Source of the DNA: Eledone cirrhosa
Taxonomy: Eukaryota
Direction of reading: 5' to 3'
NCBI GenBank assembly: GCA_964016885.1
Contig: OZ024762.1
Coordinates: 20,336,001 to 20,400,000 of the forward strand
DNA length: 64,000 nt
In this document: in pieces, positions 14,710-28,035 of the stretch
Position numbering within the stretch: the first letter of the stretch is position 1
How the letters are laid out: every line of letters starts with the position of its first letter
Program-made: the position numbers and the translations under genes
The notes under the pieces: generated by a model
The model's input: the letters and a program-made list of their open reading frames with translations, nothing else
Told to the model about the DNA's origin: nothing
Database searches by the model: none

Positions 14710-15930
14710 TTTACTAGCTCTCTAGTTCAGCTCTCTCTCTCTTTAGTAGCTCTCTAGTTCAGCTCTCTCTCTCTTTAGTAGCTCTCTCACTTTCTCTCTC
14801 TCTCACTCTCTTTAGTAGCTCTCTTGTTCAGCTCTCTCTCTCTCTCTCTTTAGTAGCTCTCTAGTTCAGCTCTCTCTCTCTTTAGTAGCTCTCTCACTTT
14901 CTCTCTCTCTCTCTCTCTTTAGTAGCTCTCTAGTTCATCTCTCTCTCTCTCTCTCTTTAGTAGCTCTCTAGTTCATCTCTCTCTGTCTCTCTCTCTCTTT
15001 AATAGCTCTCTCACTTTCTCTCTCTCTCTCTCTCTCTCTTTAGTAGCTCTCTAGTTCATCTCTCTCTCTCTCTCTCTTTAGTAGCTCTCTAGTTCATCTC
15101 TCTCTGTCTCTCTCTCTCTTTAATAGCTCTCTAGTTCATCTCTCTCTCTCCCTTTAATAGGTCTCTACTTCAACTTTCTCCTCCTCTATCTCTTTAGTAG
15201 CTTTCTAGCTCAACTCTATCTCCCTCTCTATCTCTCTCTTTAGTAGCTTTCTAGTTCATCTCTCTCTCTCTCCCTCCCTTTAATAGGTCCCTACTTCATC
15301 TTTCTCCCCTTCTCTCTCTCTATCTCCCCCTTTGTTAGCTCTCTAGTTCAACTCTCTCTTTCACTCTGTCTCTCGTACACACAGAGTCTCTGTCTTTCTC
15401 TCCATCACCTTTCTCCTCTCTCACCTCCCTCTCTGTTTCTCTCTCAACCCCTTCCTCTCTTTCTCTCTCTTGCGACTGGCTTTTATTAAAAAAAAGCGTC
15501 TCTCATTCTCTCAGTCCCTCATTTTCTCAGTCTTTTATTCTTTCATTCTCATTCTCCCAGTCTCTCAGTCTTTCTTTTTCTCATTCGCTCATTCTCCCAG
15601 TCTTTCTTTCTTTCATTCTCTCATTCTCCCAGTCTTTCTTTCTTTCATTCTTTCATTCTCCCAGTCTCTCATTCTCTCAGTCTCCCAGTCTTTCTTTCTC
15701 TCAGTCTTTCATTCTCCCAGTCTCTCATTCCCTCAGTCTTTCTTTCTCTCATTCTCTCATTCTCCCAGTCTCTCATTCTTTCAGTCTCCCAGTCTCTCAT
15801 TCTCTCATTCTCCCAGTCTCTCAGTTTTTCTTTGACTTTTGTTCTTCTCTCATTCTCCCAGTCTTTCTTTGTCTTTTGTTCTTCTCTCATTCTCCCAGTC
15901 TTTCTCTGTCTTTTGTTCTTCTCTCCTTCT
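14710..15930. repeat. Polypyrimidine compound repeats (tctctttagtagctctctagttca; tctctcattctcccag)
   Basis: Direct inspection. Confidence 0.9.
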
Positions 15931-16499
15931 CCAGTAATCACACTATTTACTGTGGACATAATGTAGTGTATTTTGGTCAGAAGTTACAGGCGGCAAACAC
16001 AGATATATTGCTGTCTTGGAGATGTAAAAATGACAAGACTTGGCTGAATTTATCACCATTTTTCCCTGACATCCCTGTCATTGCTTATCACACCTTATTT
16101 TATCAACATTCTCCACTCCACCACCACCAATACCACCATTACGACCACTACTGCATAAGCTACATAATTTATCAATTCAATGATGATGATGATGATGAAG
16201 AAGACAACTACAATAACAACAACAAAACTAAAAGTCATTGCACACATCATCATCATCATCATCATCATCGTTTTTTACGGCTGTATCTCTACGCTTATAT
16301 GGGTTAGCGGAGTCCTCTCCAGTTCCGCATCTCTCTCTTTATTTGTTTATTACTCAGACTGTTTTCAACACAATAAAAAAAACAATAGCACCAAAATATA
16401 ACACTGCACACACCCAAGCCATACAGAACTATGCTCAGTAATGCAGTGACAACTGCAAGCAAGATGCTAGACAGGACTGAACTTAGATATAAATGCTAC

Positions 16500-16645
16500 A
16501 TCAAGAAAATCAATCATCTCTTGTATATATATGGACAGATTCAAGTTGTATGCAGCTGCTGATAGACAACTGGAAACAGTACTGCAGATAGTACATGGAT
16601 TTACAAGAGAAATAGATATGAAATGTGGACTAGAAAAATGAAACC
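16500..16645 (+). mobile_element. Degenerate RT fragment of an R4/Dong-like (REL-type) non-LTR retrotransposon
   Basis: Translates (with a small disruption) KKINHLLY..MDRFKLYAAADRQLETVLQIVHGFTREIDMKCGLEK, matching the INHLLYMDDLKLY...FGLDKC motif. Confidence 0.7.
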
Positions 16646-16689
16646 TGAAGAAGGGAAAATTAGTTAAAAACAAGTGTAACAATTTGGCT

Positions 16690-17040
16690 TTCTGCCCTAC
16701 ACGTGGACATGCTTACAATATTAGAAAACAGTACAGCTCCCATGACTTTTGGAAACATTTTATCATGCTCAGAGTTGCTGAAGCATGGAACAAACTACCT
16801 GCATCTGTTGTTAGCTGTCGAGACACTGCATCCTTTAAAACCTCCATGCTTCCTGAAATTCACCAACACTACACCTGATATCCTCCCTCCATACACATGC
16901 ACACATGTATATCATGACTCATACACTGTTCACTTTCCAGACATTTGTACATTATTCTATGTACTATACATGCACCTTTGATGAGTTGTAGTGCACCTGA
17001 GCACTGTATACAATAATTTCCTTATTATTATTATTATAAG
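16690..17040 (+). mobile_element. CR1-type LINE 3' end
   Basis: TRGH...RVAEAWNKLPASVV...SFK C-terminal signature, then a 3'UTR and (TTA)n tail. Confidence 0.8.
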
Positions 17041-17084
17041 ATTATGGGGTTAAGACTACAAAAAAGAATATTGGGTGTTCTTAC

Positions 17085-17177
17085 CTTCTCTAATTCTTCA
17101 ACACTAGTGATTGGATCTGCCATCCACTGAGATCGAAATTCTGTGCTGATCTCTGACACTGCCGCGGCCATGGACAC
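17085..17177 (-). CDS. CPOX: Putative CPOX exon (VSMAAAVSEISTEFRSQWMADPITSVEELEK), start of catalytic domain
   Basis: Acceptor ctgtattcctag|G, donor GAAG|gtaaga; 93 nt; only the phase-0 frame is open. WMADPITSVEELEK resembles vertebrate CPOX FMAPPVTDLGELRR (recalled, not searched). Confidence 0.72.
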
Positions 17178-17584
17178 CTAGGAATACAGGGTGATAACAT
17201 GATTGATAGTCATAAAGATAGAAAAGGACAGAGACAGATGTGATGGTCATGAGAGGAACAGCAATATTATGTACTATTTAAATAAATGATACTTTCAACA
17301 ATTAAAGTAAAAAAACCACAGGAAACCCCTGTGTAAATAGTCAAGTCTAAAATGGTGTGTTATTTTCTGTTCTTTGAGTAATATTCCAGAAAAGAGAATC
17401 TGAAGTTAATTATTAAATCAATAAAGAATATCATTAAATCTCAAAACTGAAGAAATTTTATCCAAATATATTTATATCATCCATTGCAGGTATGGCTGTG
17501 TGGTAAAGTGGTTCTCTTTGTAACCATGAGGTCTGATCTGGTCTAGTCTCTTCCTATCCTGAGGGTCAGGCACCATGGACAATC

Positions 17585-17862
17585 TACTGTAAGTCCTGGC
17601 GCCGAAGACACTTCATCCTCGAGGATGCACCCTAATTTTGACAACCAAAAATTTGAAAAAAAATAATTGTTTCTACTTTTTGCACAAGGCCAGCAATTAT
17701 CCTAGTGCATTACTGGTACTTTATTTTATCAAACCCTGTAAGGATGAAAGGCAAAGTTAACCTCGGCAAAAATAATTAACAACCTTCAGCCTCCAGGACA
17801 CACGAGATATTTTTGAGACTTATTTTAGGAAAAAAGTAGCATTTTTGACACTGAAAATATGT
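17585..17862 (+). mobile_element. TcMar/pogo-type MITE interrupted by a truncated SINE-B (17664-17767)
   Basis: Homologous to the uninterrupted copy at 41847-42019; the insert is flanked by a duplicated aaaaataatt. Confidence 0.75.
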
Positions 17863-18179
17863 CCATGATTCTCATTGGGGTAAAAAAAAGTGATGCCAGT
17901 GGATCCCAAATCTTTGTTGAAAAATACTCGGAAGCTGGTTACTAAGCTACAGCTCATCCATCTTTATCGCAAAGATGAAGCCATTGGCCCCATGAAAGGT
18001 TGTCACCTAAGTGACAAAGGAGCCCCATCTACCTCAGTTTTGAAATCAGAGTGATCCTTCTTTAAGACAGACTGCCTAACTGCTTTTTGGGTTGTGTTTT
18101 TTTTACAGACTATTGGATGACTGATGACTCTCATGAATTCCTCTGCCCTTTGATGGGTTTTGTTTTTCATCCAGTAGGG

Positions 18180-18498
18180 CAGGGGCATCCAACAGGCAGC
18201 CCGCGGGCCACAATCTGGCCCACCAGACCAGCTAGAGTGGCCCGCAATGAATGTTTTTAATTTTTACCTTAAACACTTATTTGAAATTTTTTTCGTAACT
18301 GTAATACAATATTCTGTTAGTTGACCTATACTAAAGGGCTTCACTGATAGGGTTATGTGTGTTATAATTTTCCAGTTCCATGTTATGGAAAGAAGTTGTA
18401 GTGAATCTTTGGAATAGTGCTTAATAAATATTAATAGCCCTAATAGTTGTTCCACTGTTCAAAAGTGGCCCGCCATTGGAATATGTTGCACACCCCTG
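18180..18498 (+). mobile_element. hAT-type MITE
   Basis: TIRs caggggcatccaac / gttgcacacccctg; 8-bp TSD cagtaggg/tagtaggg; subterminal ggccc motifs. Confidence 0.8.
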
Positions 18499-18639
18499 TA
18501 GTAGGGTGTCCAAAATTCACACTTCTCACCAAGCATGTTTAGTTAGGTTGCTGGTTTAGTTGCCGACGGCCCAACCATGTGACAAGTTCGGATTGATTGT
18601 GGGGTCGATTTAATCAACTTTACCCTTCTTCTTTGCCCA

Positions 18640-18900
18640 CTTATTCCTGAGAGAGGGTCATGAGGGAGGAGTCCTCAAACACTCCTCCTAGCGGATCTTG
18701 TCAGAAGCAACCATCTCCAACTGATCCAGCTGGATCCCAAAGCGAGACCAGCCAAGCTCATGGATGTTATCCAACCATCCTGCTCGGTGTCTACCCCTGG
18801 GTCTCCTGCCAGTTGGTTTTACCCGTAAAATCTGTCCAGCGATTCTTTCCTGAGACATTCTAACCCCATGCCCATAGTATCGGAGCTGTGATCTCTCAAC
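18640..18900 (-). mobile_element. RTE LINE C-terminal fragment
   Basis: Minus strand reads SQLRYYGHGVRMSQERIAGQILRVKPTGRRPRGRHRAGWLDNI. Confidence 0.7.
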
Positions 18901-19316
18901 TCACCCCAAATTTGCTGGCCTTGTGCCTAAATTAGAAATGAAATATATTAAGGTCCAGATTAATGAAACATAAATAATTCTGCAGCAAACATTGGCAGTG
19001 TGCCTACTTGGAAGAACTCAACAGAATTGGACAAGAAAATTAAGAAACAAGACAGTTTTGTTCAGATAATAATTATTATTCAATAGAATATATATCAATG
19101 TGGATGTTTGCAAAGTAAAGATCTTATGAAATTCTCTGTTGTTTGTGTGAATAAATCAGCAATCTAAGGGAGATATTGGGCCAAAATTTGCCATCTGTAG
19201 ACAGTCTCAGATCAGACAATTCTATCATTGCAAACTATCTTTTCATATGTAAATATTTCCACACACACATCATAAATAAGCACACACAAACACACACACA
19301 AATATGCATATATATA

Positions 19317-19353
<37 letters not shown>

Positions 19354-19364
19354 GCATATATATA

Positions 19365-19422
<58 letters not shown>

Positions 19423-19477
19423 CATATATATATGTGCATATATATATGTGTGTGTGTGTATATATATATATACACAC

Positions 19478-19596
19478 ACCGCCAGACAGTCCTATATGAG
19501 CAGGACAACCAATCTTGCCTCAAGTGGGAAAACTCCCGTCCAAACCCATGCAAGCGTGGAAGATGGACGTTAAACAATGATGATGATGATGATGAT
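19478..19596 (+). mobile_element. 5'-truncated SINE with an RTE-like tail (family C); also at 27630-27740(-), 49811-49975(+), 51530-51692(+)
   Basis: cctcaagtgggaaaactcccgtccaaacccatgcaagcgtggaagatggacgttaaa followed by (TGA)n. Confidence 0.75.
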
Positions 19597-20050
19597 ATAT
19601 ACGGTGGCTGCCAACTCGTTTTCGAGTACGGCCACTACTTTATATCCATGTAGGAGAACCCCTACTGATGCGCTGAACGAGTGTGACTTTTTAGTCTAGC
19701 CAGCGACTTGAAAACTCTGGTACAAACAGTACACTTGTGACAATTACTGACACATAGTGCTGGGCCCATGGTACCATGTGACGACAAGTGCAGAGAGATC
19801 TCCAGATATAAAGCAATGCCTGTGCCGTGAAGCTTTTATAGTGAGCAAAGGCACTGCACAAAGCGAGCCCCACTCTCTTAACCAAGATGATATTTACCAA
19901 AAAGAAGAACAAGTCAACATCATTGGATACCATCAGGGTTGCAGGTGTTATATCAGAGTTTTCCTTCTCCTAGAATTCTGCCTTGACAAAGGCTAAGGGG
20001 TCATCTCTCCCGGAAATATATATATATATGTATATGTATATGTATATATA

Positions 20051-20135
20051 TACATGGTGTCCTCCAAAAATGTATACATATATTTAATAGAATGCTGTTG
20101 AAGTGTGTATATATTTTTTTGGGGGACACACTGTA
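20051..20135. mobile_element. Tiny Tc1/mariner-type MITE; relatives at ~24727-24847 and 52790-52867
   Basis: TA-CAGGGTGTCCCAAAAAATGTATAC-like TIRs with TA flanks. Confidence 0.7.
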
Positions 20136-20203
20136 TATATGTATATATATATGTATATATATATATATATATATGTATATATGTGTGTGTGTCTGTGTGT
20201 GTG

Positions 20204-20247
<44 letters not shown>

Positions 20248-20364
20248 TTTCTCTCTTTCTTTCTCTCTGTGTACAATTTTTTCACTGCCAAATCAACTTT
20301 TCAAATACAAGTCGATGTTGTTACGGTATGTCAAATCTATTTATCTATAAAACTGTTTATATTG

Positions 20365-20430
20365 TATTTTGTCTGAGGAAGGCATAGCATATTGTTAATA
20401 TGATATCCCTGAAATATATATAATGAAATA
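20365..20430 (+). ncRNA. Minimal type-I hammerhead ribozyme motif (Penelope-like pLTR)
   Basis: Stem I UAUUUUGU/AUGAAAUA; CUGAGGA at 20373; stem II agg...catatt-gtt-aatatg...cct; GAAA at 20411; palindromic AUAUAUAU stem III; AUA cleavage triplet. Confidence 0.65.
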
Positions 20431-20556
20431 AATATGGTTTTATAAATATAGTTTCCATTTATTTAATATTGTAAATATACTCCAAATACTTGTCGAGTGC
20501 TTTTATATCAGTTATAAATATTTACTAGTTGTAACCCAACAATTTAAATATAACTT

Positions 20557-20607
<51 letters not shown>

Positions 20608-21268
20608 TTGTCATCATTAATGTAATTTTAACATCCACTTTCCCTGCTAGTAAAAGTTGGACGAGTCAATAAAGACCAAGTCCATACTGAAGTACAGTCA
20701 CTAATCTCCCAGGCAGGCAAGGCGTCTATGCATTATGTATAGTCTCCGTTCTATTGAGTACTCAAGAGAGGTTGTCACGTATTTGACACAACTCAGAGTC
20801 CTCCCAACCCTTTGTTTGGCAAGATTTCTATAGTTGGATGCCCTTCCTACCATCACCCAGTTCACAGTGTGTACTGGGTGCATTTATCATGTAAATTGCC
20901 AACACTACGGAGGTTCTCATGACCTTGACATGAATATATATAGACCTATCGTATGACTTGGGTAAACTTGCTGATGAGTGGAACAGCCCGGTTATGTAAA
21001 TATCTGCATATCTTACGTGATTTTCTGAACATTAAAGATCTAATATCTGCATTTGTGAAGATATGTTGCTCAGAAACGATATCATCCAGGAGCTGAGATA
21101 TTTACTCTTATCTCTAAGCCACCATATCTGCTATTAACTAAATGTGTGCACTCTGAACAGCTGGATGCAACTGCATTACTGCAATTCGGCAGATTCATTG
21201 AGTGGGCTAGACGCTGGCCAGAGTTTGTTGACTTAATACCAGCAATTTTCGTTAATTTTGTATTATAT

Positions 21269-21551
21269 CATCATCATTTCATCATCATTTCATTTTACGT
21301 CCGCTTTTCCCTGCTTGCAAGGGTGGAACGGGAACTGATTCTGGCTTGATTTCTACAGCTGGATGCCCTTCCTAACACCAACCTCATTTACAGTGAGTGC
21401 TGGGTGCTTTTATGCCGTGGCACCTCCATGACCACTTTGCAGTGGAATGATATGGACCCCAGTCCTATCATCTCATTTCTACAGCTGAGTAAACTGGAGC
21501 AATGTGAAATAAAGTGTCTTGCTCAAGGAAAAAACACATCACCCGGTCTGA

Positions 21552-21553
<2 letters not shown>
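21269..21553 (-). mobile_element. SINE family A, 5'-truncated
   Basis: Matches 45305-45646. Confidence 0.85.
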
Positions 21554-21619
<66 letters not shown>

Positions 21620-21620
21620 T

Positions 21621-21822
21621 ATGGAGGATAGAAGGAAGACGCAGTAGAGGTAGACCAAGAAAAACATGGGTGGAGGTGGTAAGAGCAGACCTCAGATTGC
21701 TGAAACCCAGCGAGGATATGACGAAGGACCGTGACAAGTAGAGAGATAAATGCTGTGCTGAATAGGACCCGTCCAACCCTTGCAAGCAGGGAAAAGCGGA
21801 CGTAAAATGATGATGATGATGA
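21621..21822 (+). mobile_element. RTE LINE 3' end, truncated into (TA)n
   Basis: EGRRSRGRPRKTWVEVVRADLR; tail cccttgcaagcagggaaaagcggacgtaaaa(tga)n. Confidence 0.85.
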
Positions 21823-21825
21823 TAT

Positions 21826-22003
21826 AACAAAAAAGTGTGGTAAGGAACCAGGTGGACCATAACGCACCAGAGTATTCGATACTTAGGGTAGTAGAGTGGG
21901 TAATAGGAAAAGAGTCAAGACCCCAATAGCTGAGCTCCGGCCATTTCGGATCTAGCTGCTGAAATGGTCGGAGCTCAGCCGTCGGGGTCATGACTCAACA
22001 ATT
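21826..22003 (+). mobile_element. Diverged copy of the hairpin element
   Basis: Shares the arm gtggtaaggaaccaggtggaccataacgcacca...gtagtagagtgggtaatagg with 45068 and ends in a long stem-loop. Confidence 0.75.
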
Positions 22004-22364
22004 AAATATATATATATATATATTTTTTTTTTCTTTCTTCCTCTGTCCCTTCCTCTTCTCACTCGCTATCTTTTATTTCATCTTTTATTTCTCATTCTAT
22101 TTTCTGATAAAGGACTAGCGCCTGAAACTTAAAGACTTTTTCCTACTATATCAAGCGTTAAACCAATATATTGTACTGTGTTGTGTTCGTTTCCTTTTTT
22201 TTTGCATATTCATATATACATGTTATATCAAGAAGGGTATATATTTTTAAACTGACCATATAATTGGTGGTAACTTCTACTATGTCTGAAGATGAGGTTT
22301 TATTCTTTTTTTTATAACTTTCATAAATTTTTATGAAATTATTCAGCATCTATAAATATTGTAA

Positions 22365-22790
22365 GTAATTAACTACAACTCCACTAATTAACCACAACAC
22401 TAATTAACCATAACTACACTAATTAACCACAACTACACTAATTAACCACAACTACACTAATTAACCACACCTCCACTAATTAACCACAACTCCACGAATT
22501 AAGCACAGCTCTATTAATTAACCAGAACTACACTAATTAACCACAACTCTATTAATTAACCAGAACTACACTAATTAACCATACCGCCACTAATTTACCA
22601 CAACTCCAATAATTAACCACAACTCTATTAATTAACCACATCTCCACTAATTAACCACAACTCTATTAATTAACCACAACTCCACTAATTAACCACAACT
22701 CTATTAATTAACCACATCTCCACTAATTAACCACAACTCCACTAATTAACCACAACTTCACTAATTAACCACACATCTATTAATTAACCT
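22365..22790. repeat. 19-bp minisatellite (ccactaattaaccacaact)
   Basis: About 22 copies. Confidence 0.95.
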
Positions 22791-22869
22791 TTTATAAAAA
22801 AACAATTTTATCACAACTGATGTTAATTTCTTAATTAAATCTTTACAGGTTGCATGTTTCTCTCTCTTT

Positions 22870-23602
22870 TACATGTGTGTTACATGTGTGTGTGTGTGTG
22901 TTACATGTGTGTGTGTATGTGTTACATGTGTGTGTGTATTGTGTGTGTGTTTATTGTGTGTGTTTAAGCTGTGTATTACCTGTATGTGTATTGTGTGTTT
23001 ACGCTGTGTGTATACTGTGTGTGTGTTGTGTGCTATGTGTGTTTATCTGGTTATGTGGTTATGTATTGTGTTGCGTGTATATATGTATGTATGTGTGTAT
23101 GTATGTATATATGTATTCATGTATCTGTGTACACATGTATGTATGTATGTATATATGCATATATGTATACATGCATATATGTGTATATATATATGTATGT
23201 GTGTATATATATATGTATATATGTATATGTATGTATGAATGTATGTATGTATATATACATACATGCATACATACATATATATGTATATATACATACATGC
23301 ATACATACATATGTATATATATACATACATGCATACATACATATATACATACATACATATATGTATATATGTATGTTTGTATGCATGTATGTATGTATGC
23401 ATGTATGTATACATGCATATATATATATATATACATATGTGTGTATGTATATATATATATATATATCATCATCATCATCACCCTCATCATTTTACGTCCG
23501 CTCTTCCCTGCTTGCAAGTAGGTATGTATGTATGTATGTATGTATGTATGTATGTATGTATGTTTGTATGTATGTATGTATGCATGTTTGCATGTATGTA
23601 TG

Positions 23603-23633
<31 letters not shown>

Positions 23634-24561
23634 GTATGTATGTATGTATGCATGCATGCATGCATGTATGTATGTATGTATGTATGTATGTATGTATGCA
23701 TGCATGTATGCATGTATGCATGCATGCATGCATGCATGTATGTATGTATGTATGTATGTATGTATGCATGCATGCATGTATGTAAGTATGTATGTATGTA
23801 TGTATGCATGCATGCATGTATGTATGTATGTATGTATGTATGTAAGTATGCATGCATGCATGTTTGTATGTATGCATGCATATATGTATGTATGTATATA
23901 TATATATATGTGTGTGTGTTATAAAGCCCCAGGTGTGTGCTGCTGATTGTTATAACAGACATGTAGCTGTCCAGGTAATTAGGTATCACCTCCAGCCCCA
24001 CCGTATCGTTATACCATGTCCCTACATATCAGACAGATTGCTCTCTATGATGATATTTCACTTGATATCCTCCTGTCACTATCTCTTACTCTCTCAAAAT
24101 TCTTTACTTACATCTTTAGCCTATCTTTCTCTTCCTCTCTCGCTCTCTATCTATCTCTCTCTCTTTCTCTCCCTATCTATCTAAATATCTATCTATCTAT
24201 CTCTCTCTCTCTCTCACTCCCTATCTCTCTCTCTCTCTCTCTCACTCCCTCCCTATCTATCTATCTCTCTCTCCCTCTCTATCTATCTATCTCGCTCTCT
24301 CCCTATCTATCTAAATATCTATCTATCTCTATCTCTCTCTCTCTCTCTCCCTATCTATCTATCTCTCTGTCTCTCGCTCCCTATCTATCTCTCTGTCTGT
24401 CTCTCTCTCTCTCTCCTTATCTATCTATCTATCTATCTATCTCTCACTCCCTCCCTCTCTCTCTCTCTCTTGCTCTCTCTCTCGCTCCCTCCCTCCCTAT
24501 CTATCTATCTCTCTCTCACTCTCTATCTATCTATCTCGCTTTCTCCCTATCTATCTAAATC

Positions 24562-24598
<37 letters not shown>

Positions 24599-24651
24599 AT
24601 CTATCTACCTCTCTTTCCCATTCACATGTCTCTCAACACATACACACACAT

Positions 24652-24714
<63 letters not shown>

Positions 24715-24847
24715 ATATATATATATAGCATGTCCCCCCCCCCCAAAAAAAAAAATGTATACACACTTCAACACAGCATTCTAACAAATATTGTATTGCC
24801 GAACAGAGGTAATCAAACTGTGCATACATTTTTTGGGACACCCTGTG

Positions 24848-24878
<31 letters not shown>

Positions 24879-24906
24879 TTTTATATATATCATGATGATG
24901 ATGATG

Positions 24907-24964
<58 letters not shown>

Positions 24965-24998
24965 TATATGTATATATGTATATATATATATAAAAATA

Positions 24999-25070
<72 letters not shown>

Positions 25071-25193
25071 TACAAATGTATATATGTGTGTGTGTGTGTA
25101 TATATATTTATATTCTTTTAGTCTTTTACCTGTTCCAGCAATCCAGCTGAGGCCATATATATAAATATATATATATGTGTGTGTGTATATATA

Positions 25194-25262
<69 letters not shown>

Positions 25263-25280
25263 ATATATATATATATATAA

Positions 25281-25312
<32 letters not shown>

Positions 25313-25585
25313 GTGTCTGTGTATGTATATATATATATGTATGTGTGTGTGTGTGTGTACGAAGATATTCATTTAATTAGACAAAACAAATGAATGTATT
25401 AACTTTTGGCTTCTGGCATGGTTATTCCTTCTTCTTTTCTGTCTTTTTATTTCCTTCCCTGATTTCAGAAGATCATTAGCTAGTTATATATTTGTGTATA
25501 CATGTGTATTTGTATGTATGTGTATCTATATATATCTATCTATATATATATACATACATATATATATGTATATATATATATGTGT

Positions 25586-25651
<66 letters not shown>

Positions 25652-25730
25652 TTATATATATGTGTATATATATATATATATGTATATTTATATATATGTG
25701 TATATATATATATGTATATTTATATATATG

Positions 25731-25780
<50 letters not shown>

Positions 25781-25782
25781 TA

Positions 25783-25813
<31 letters not shown>

Positions 25814-25885
25814 ATATATATATATATACATATATATATAAATATATATATACATATATATATATACATATATATATATATATGT

Positions 25886-25935
<50 letters not shown>

Positions 25936-26276
25936 GTATATATATATATATGTATATATCTATATATCTATATATATATACATATATATATATATACATA
26001 TATATATATATGTATATATATATACATGTATATATATACATATATATATAAATATATATATACATATATATATAAATATATATATACATATATATATATA
26101 TATACATATATATTTATATACATATAAATATAAATATATATATATACATACATGTATATTACAAATACATACATATGTATATATATATATATATATACAT
26201 ATATGTGTATATTACAAGTAAGTATATATATATATATATAATATATATATATATACATACATACACATGCATGTAT

Positions 26277-26323
<47 letters not shown>

Positions 26324-26330
26324 GTATATA
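22870..26330. repeat. TG/TATG/CT/TA microsatellite tracts with short unique gaps
   Basis: Direct inspection. Confidence 0.9.
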
Positions 26331-26559
26331 TTACAAGTTTACATGTACAAATATCTCTATATGACCCTGGTCACATCAGTATGGCCCATAGGTTCTCTCG
26401 TCTCTATTAAACACCCACACATACATCCACCATCATCAACCTCTGATGATACTATATATCACATATACATATATATATATATATATATCAAGTAAGTATG
26501 TTTTGAAACAGTGAGCAAGTTTGAAATTAGAAAATACGACCATTTTACTTGGACAGCCA

Positions 26560-26612
26560 GCTTCCTGATGATTTCTCACTCACGAATGAAACAGTTCTAG
26601 TCCCATAGAATC
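26560..26612 (+). ncRNA. Degenerate hammerhead motif (second family)
   Basis: gcttc-CTGATGA-stem II-GAAACAG-ttctagtc-ccata-gaatc; a partial reverse copy at ~49556-49590 has the intact 3' half CTGTA-GAAGC. Confidence 0.5.
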
Positions 26613-26627
26613 TCTTCATCACCATGA

Positions 26628-26871
26628 TCATCATCATTTTACGTCTGCTTTTCCCTGCTTGCAAGGGTGGGACGGGAACTGATTCTGGCTTGATTTCTAC
26701 AGCTGGATGTCCTTCCTAACACCAACTTCATTTACAGTGAGTACTGGGTGCTTTTTTGCCATGGCACCTCCACGACCACTTTGTAGTGGAATGATAGGGA
26801 CCCCAGTCCCTATCATCTCATTTCTACAGCTGAGTAAACTGGAGCAATGTGAAATAAAGTGTCTTGCTCAA
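26628..26871 (-). mobile_element. SINE family A, 5'-truncated
   Basis: Matches 45305-45646. Confidence 0.85.
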
Positions 26872-27737
26872 ACAGGAGAGATATCTCCCTTGTTTGCTGA
26901 AAATTAAAGTAAGTGAGACTGTCACTACTCTAAAACAATAGCACAAGGTCTTTGAAATGCTTTTAGTTAAGCATACAGTGTATTGCAAAATACACTATAT
27001 ATACATTCATATATATATAGCTATTTCAGAGCACCAATTCTAATTTACATATATATATATATACATATACATTTATATATATATATACACATACAAATAT
27101 AAATTTAGCGAGAATCGCATTTCGGCAGGTAGAAATTAGCAAAACGCAACTTCCGAATTGTGTTGACAAGCGCTCAATGGATATGAAGATACCAGAGCTA
27201 TAAACATAAGTTAAAAAGGTCATACAAACTGAGACAATGGTTAAGAAGCCATTAACCACCTGAGCCAAAAAAGCGAACAAGCTAAACGGGTCAAACAAAA
27301 TAAAATATGATTGAAATATTTACCCGGACCCTCGGGAAGATGGTATACTCCGATATAGGGTTTCTGCGACACCTAAATCACTAATGCTATCTGCTTATAA
27401 AAAATAATAAGCTTTTGGTAAAATGATCGAACAAGAATATCACTTTCTCAAAAGGCATTTTGTTCTGCGTGCGCCAGAGTCTCACAGCGTTTGAAAGCAC
27501 ATGTGAGGTTAATGATAATCCGGATAAAATACCGTTGAGTGCTTCTAATCTGTTGTAAAATTAACTTTGTTGAATAATCAACAAATTAAGTAACTCATTG
27601 TTTATATTTATATATATATATATATATATATCATCATCATCGTTTAACGTCCATCTTCCACGCTTGCATGGGTTTGGACGGGAGTTTTCCCACTTGAGGC
27701 AAGATTTGTTGTCCTGCTCATATAGGACTGTCTGGCG

Positions 27738-27774
<37 letters not shown>

Positions 27775-27779
<5 letters not shown>

Positions 27780-27956
27780 AAGGAAAAGCGAAGTAGTTTC
27801 AGATGTTCAAGTCTTTTAATAACAATGCTGTGATATATATTTCAATGACGACAGTGGCCACACTGTTCTGTGTGCGAGTGTCGCGACATCGTCAGACAGC
27901 TTGTTACATAATAAGGTTATGTTTCCGAGAAAATCTGAAACTACTTCGCTTTTCCT

Positions 27957-27962
<6 letters not shown>
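27775..27962. mobile_element. MITE-like element with perfect 30-bp TIRs in microsatellite DNA
   Basis: agaataaggaaaagcgaagtagtttcagat / atctgaaactacttcgcttttccttattct. Confidence 0.7.

Positions 27963-28035
<73 letters not shown>

Noticed and set aside
22105-22150. Hammerhead-like CTGATAA-agg..cct-GAAAC
   Set aside because: Core is mutated and stems I and III cannot be drawn; at best a decayed pLTR relic.
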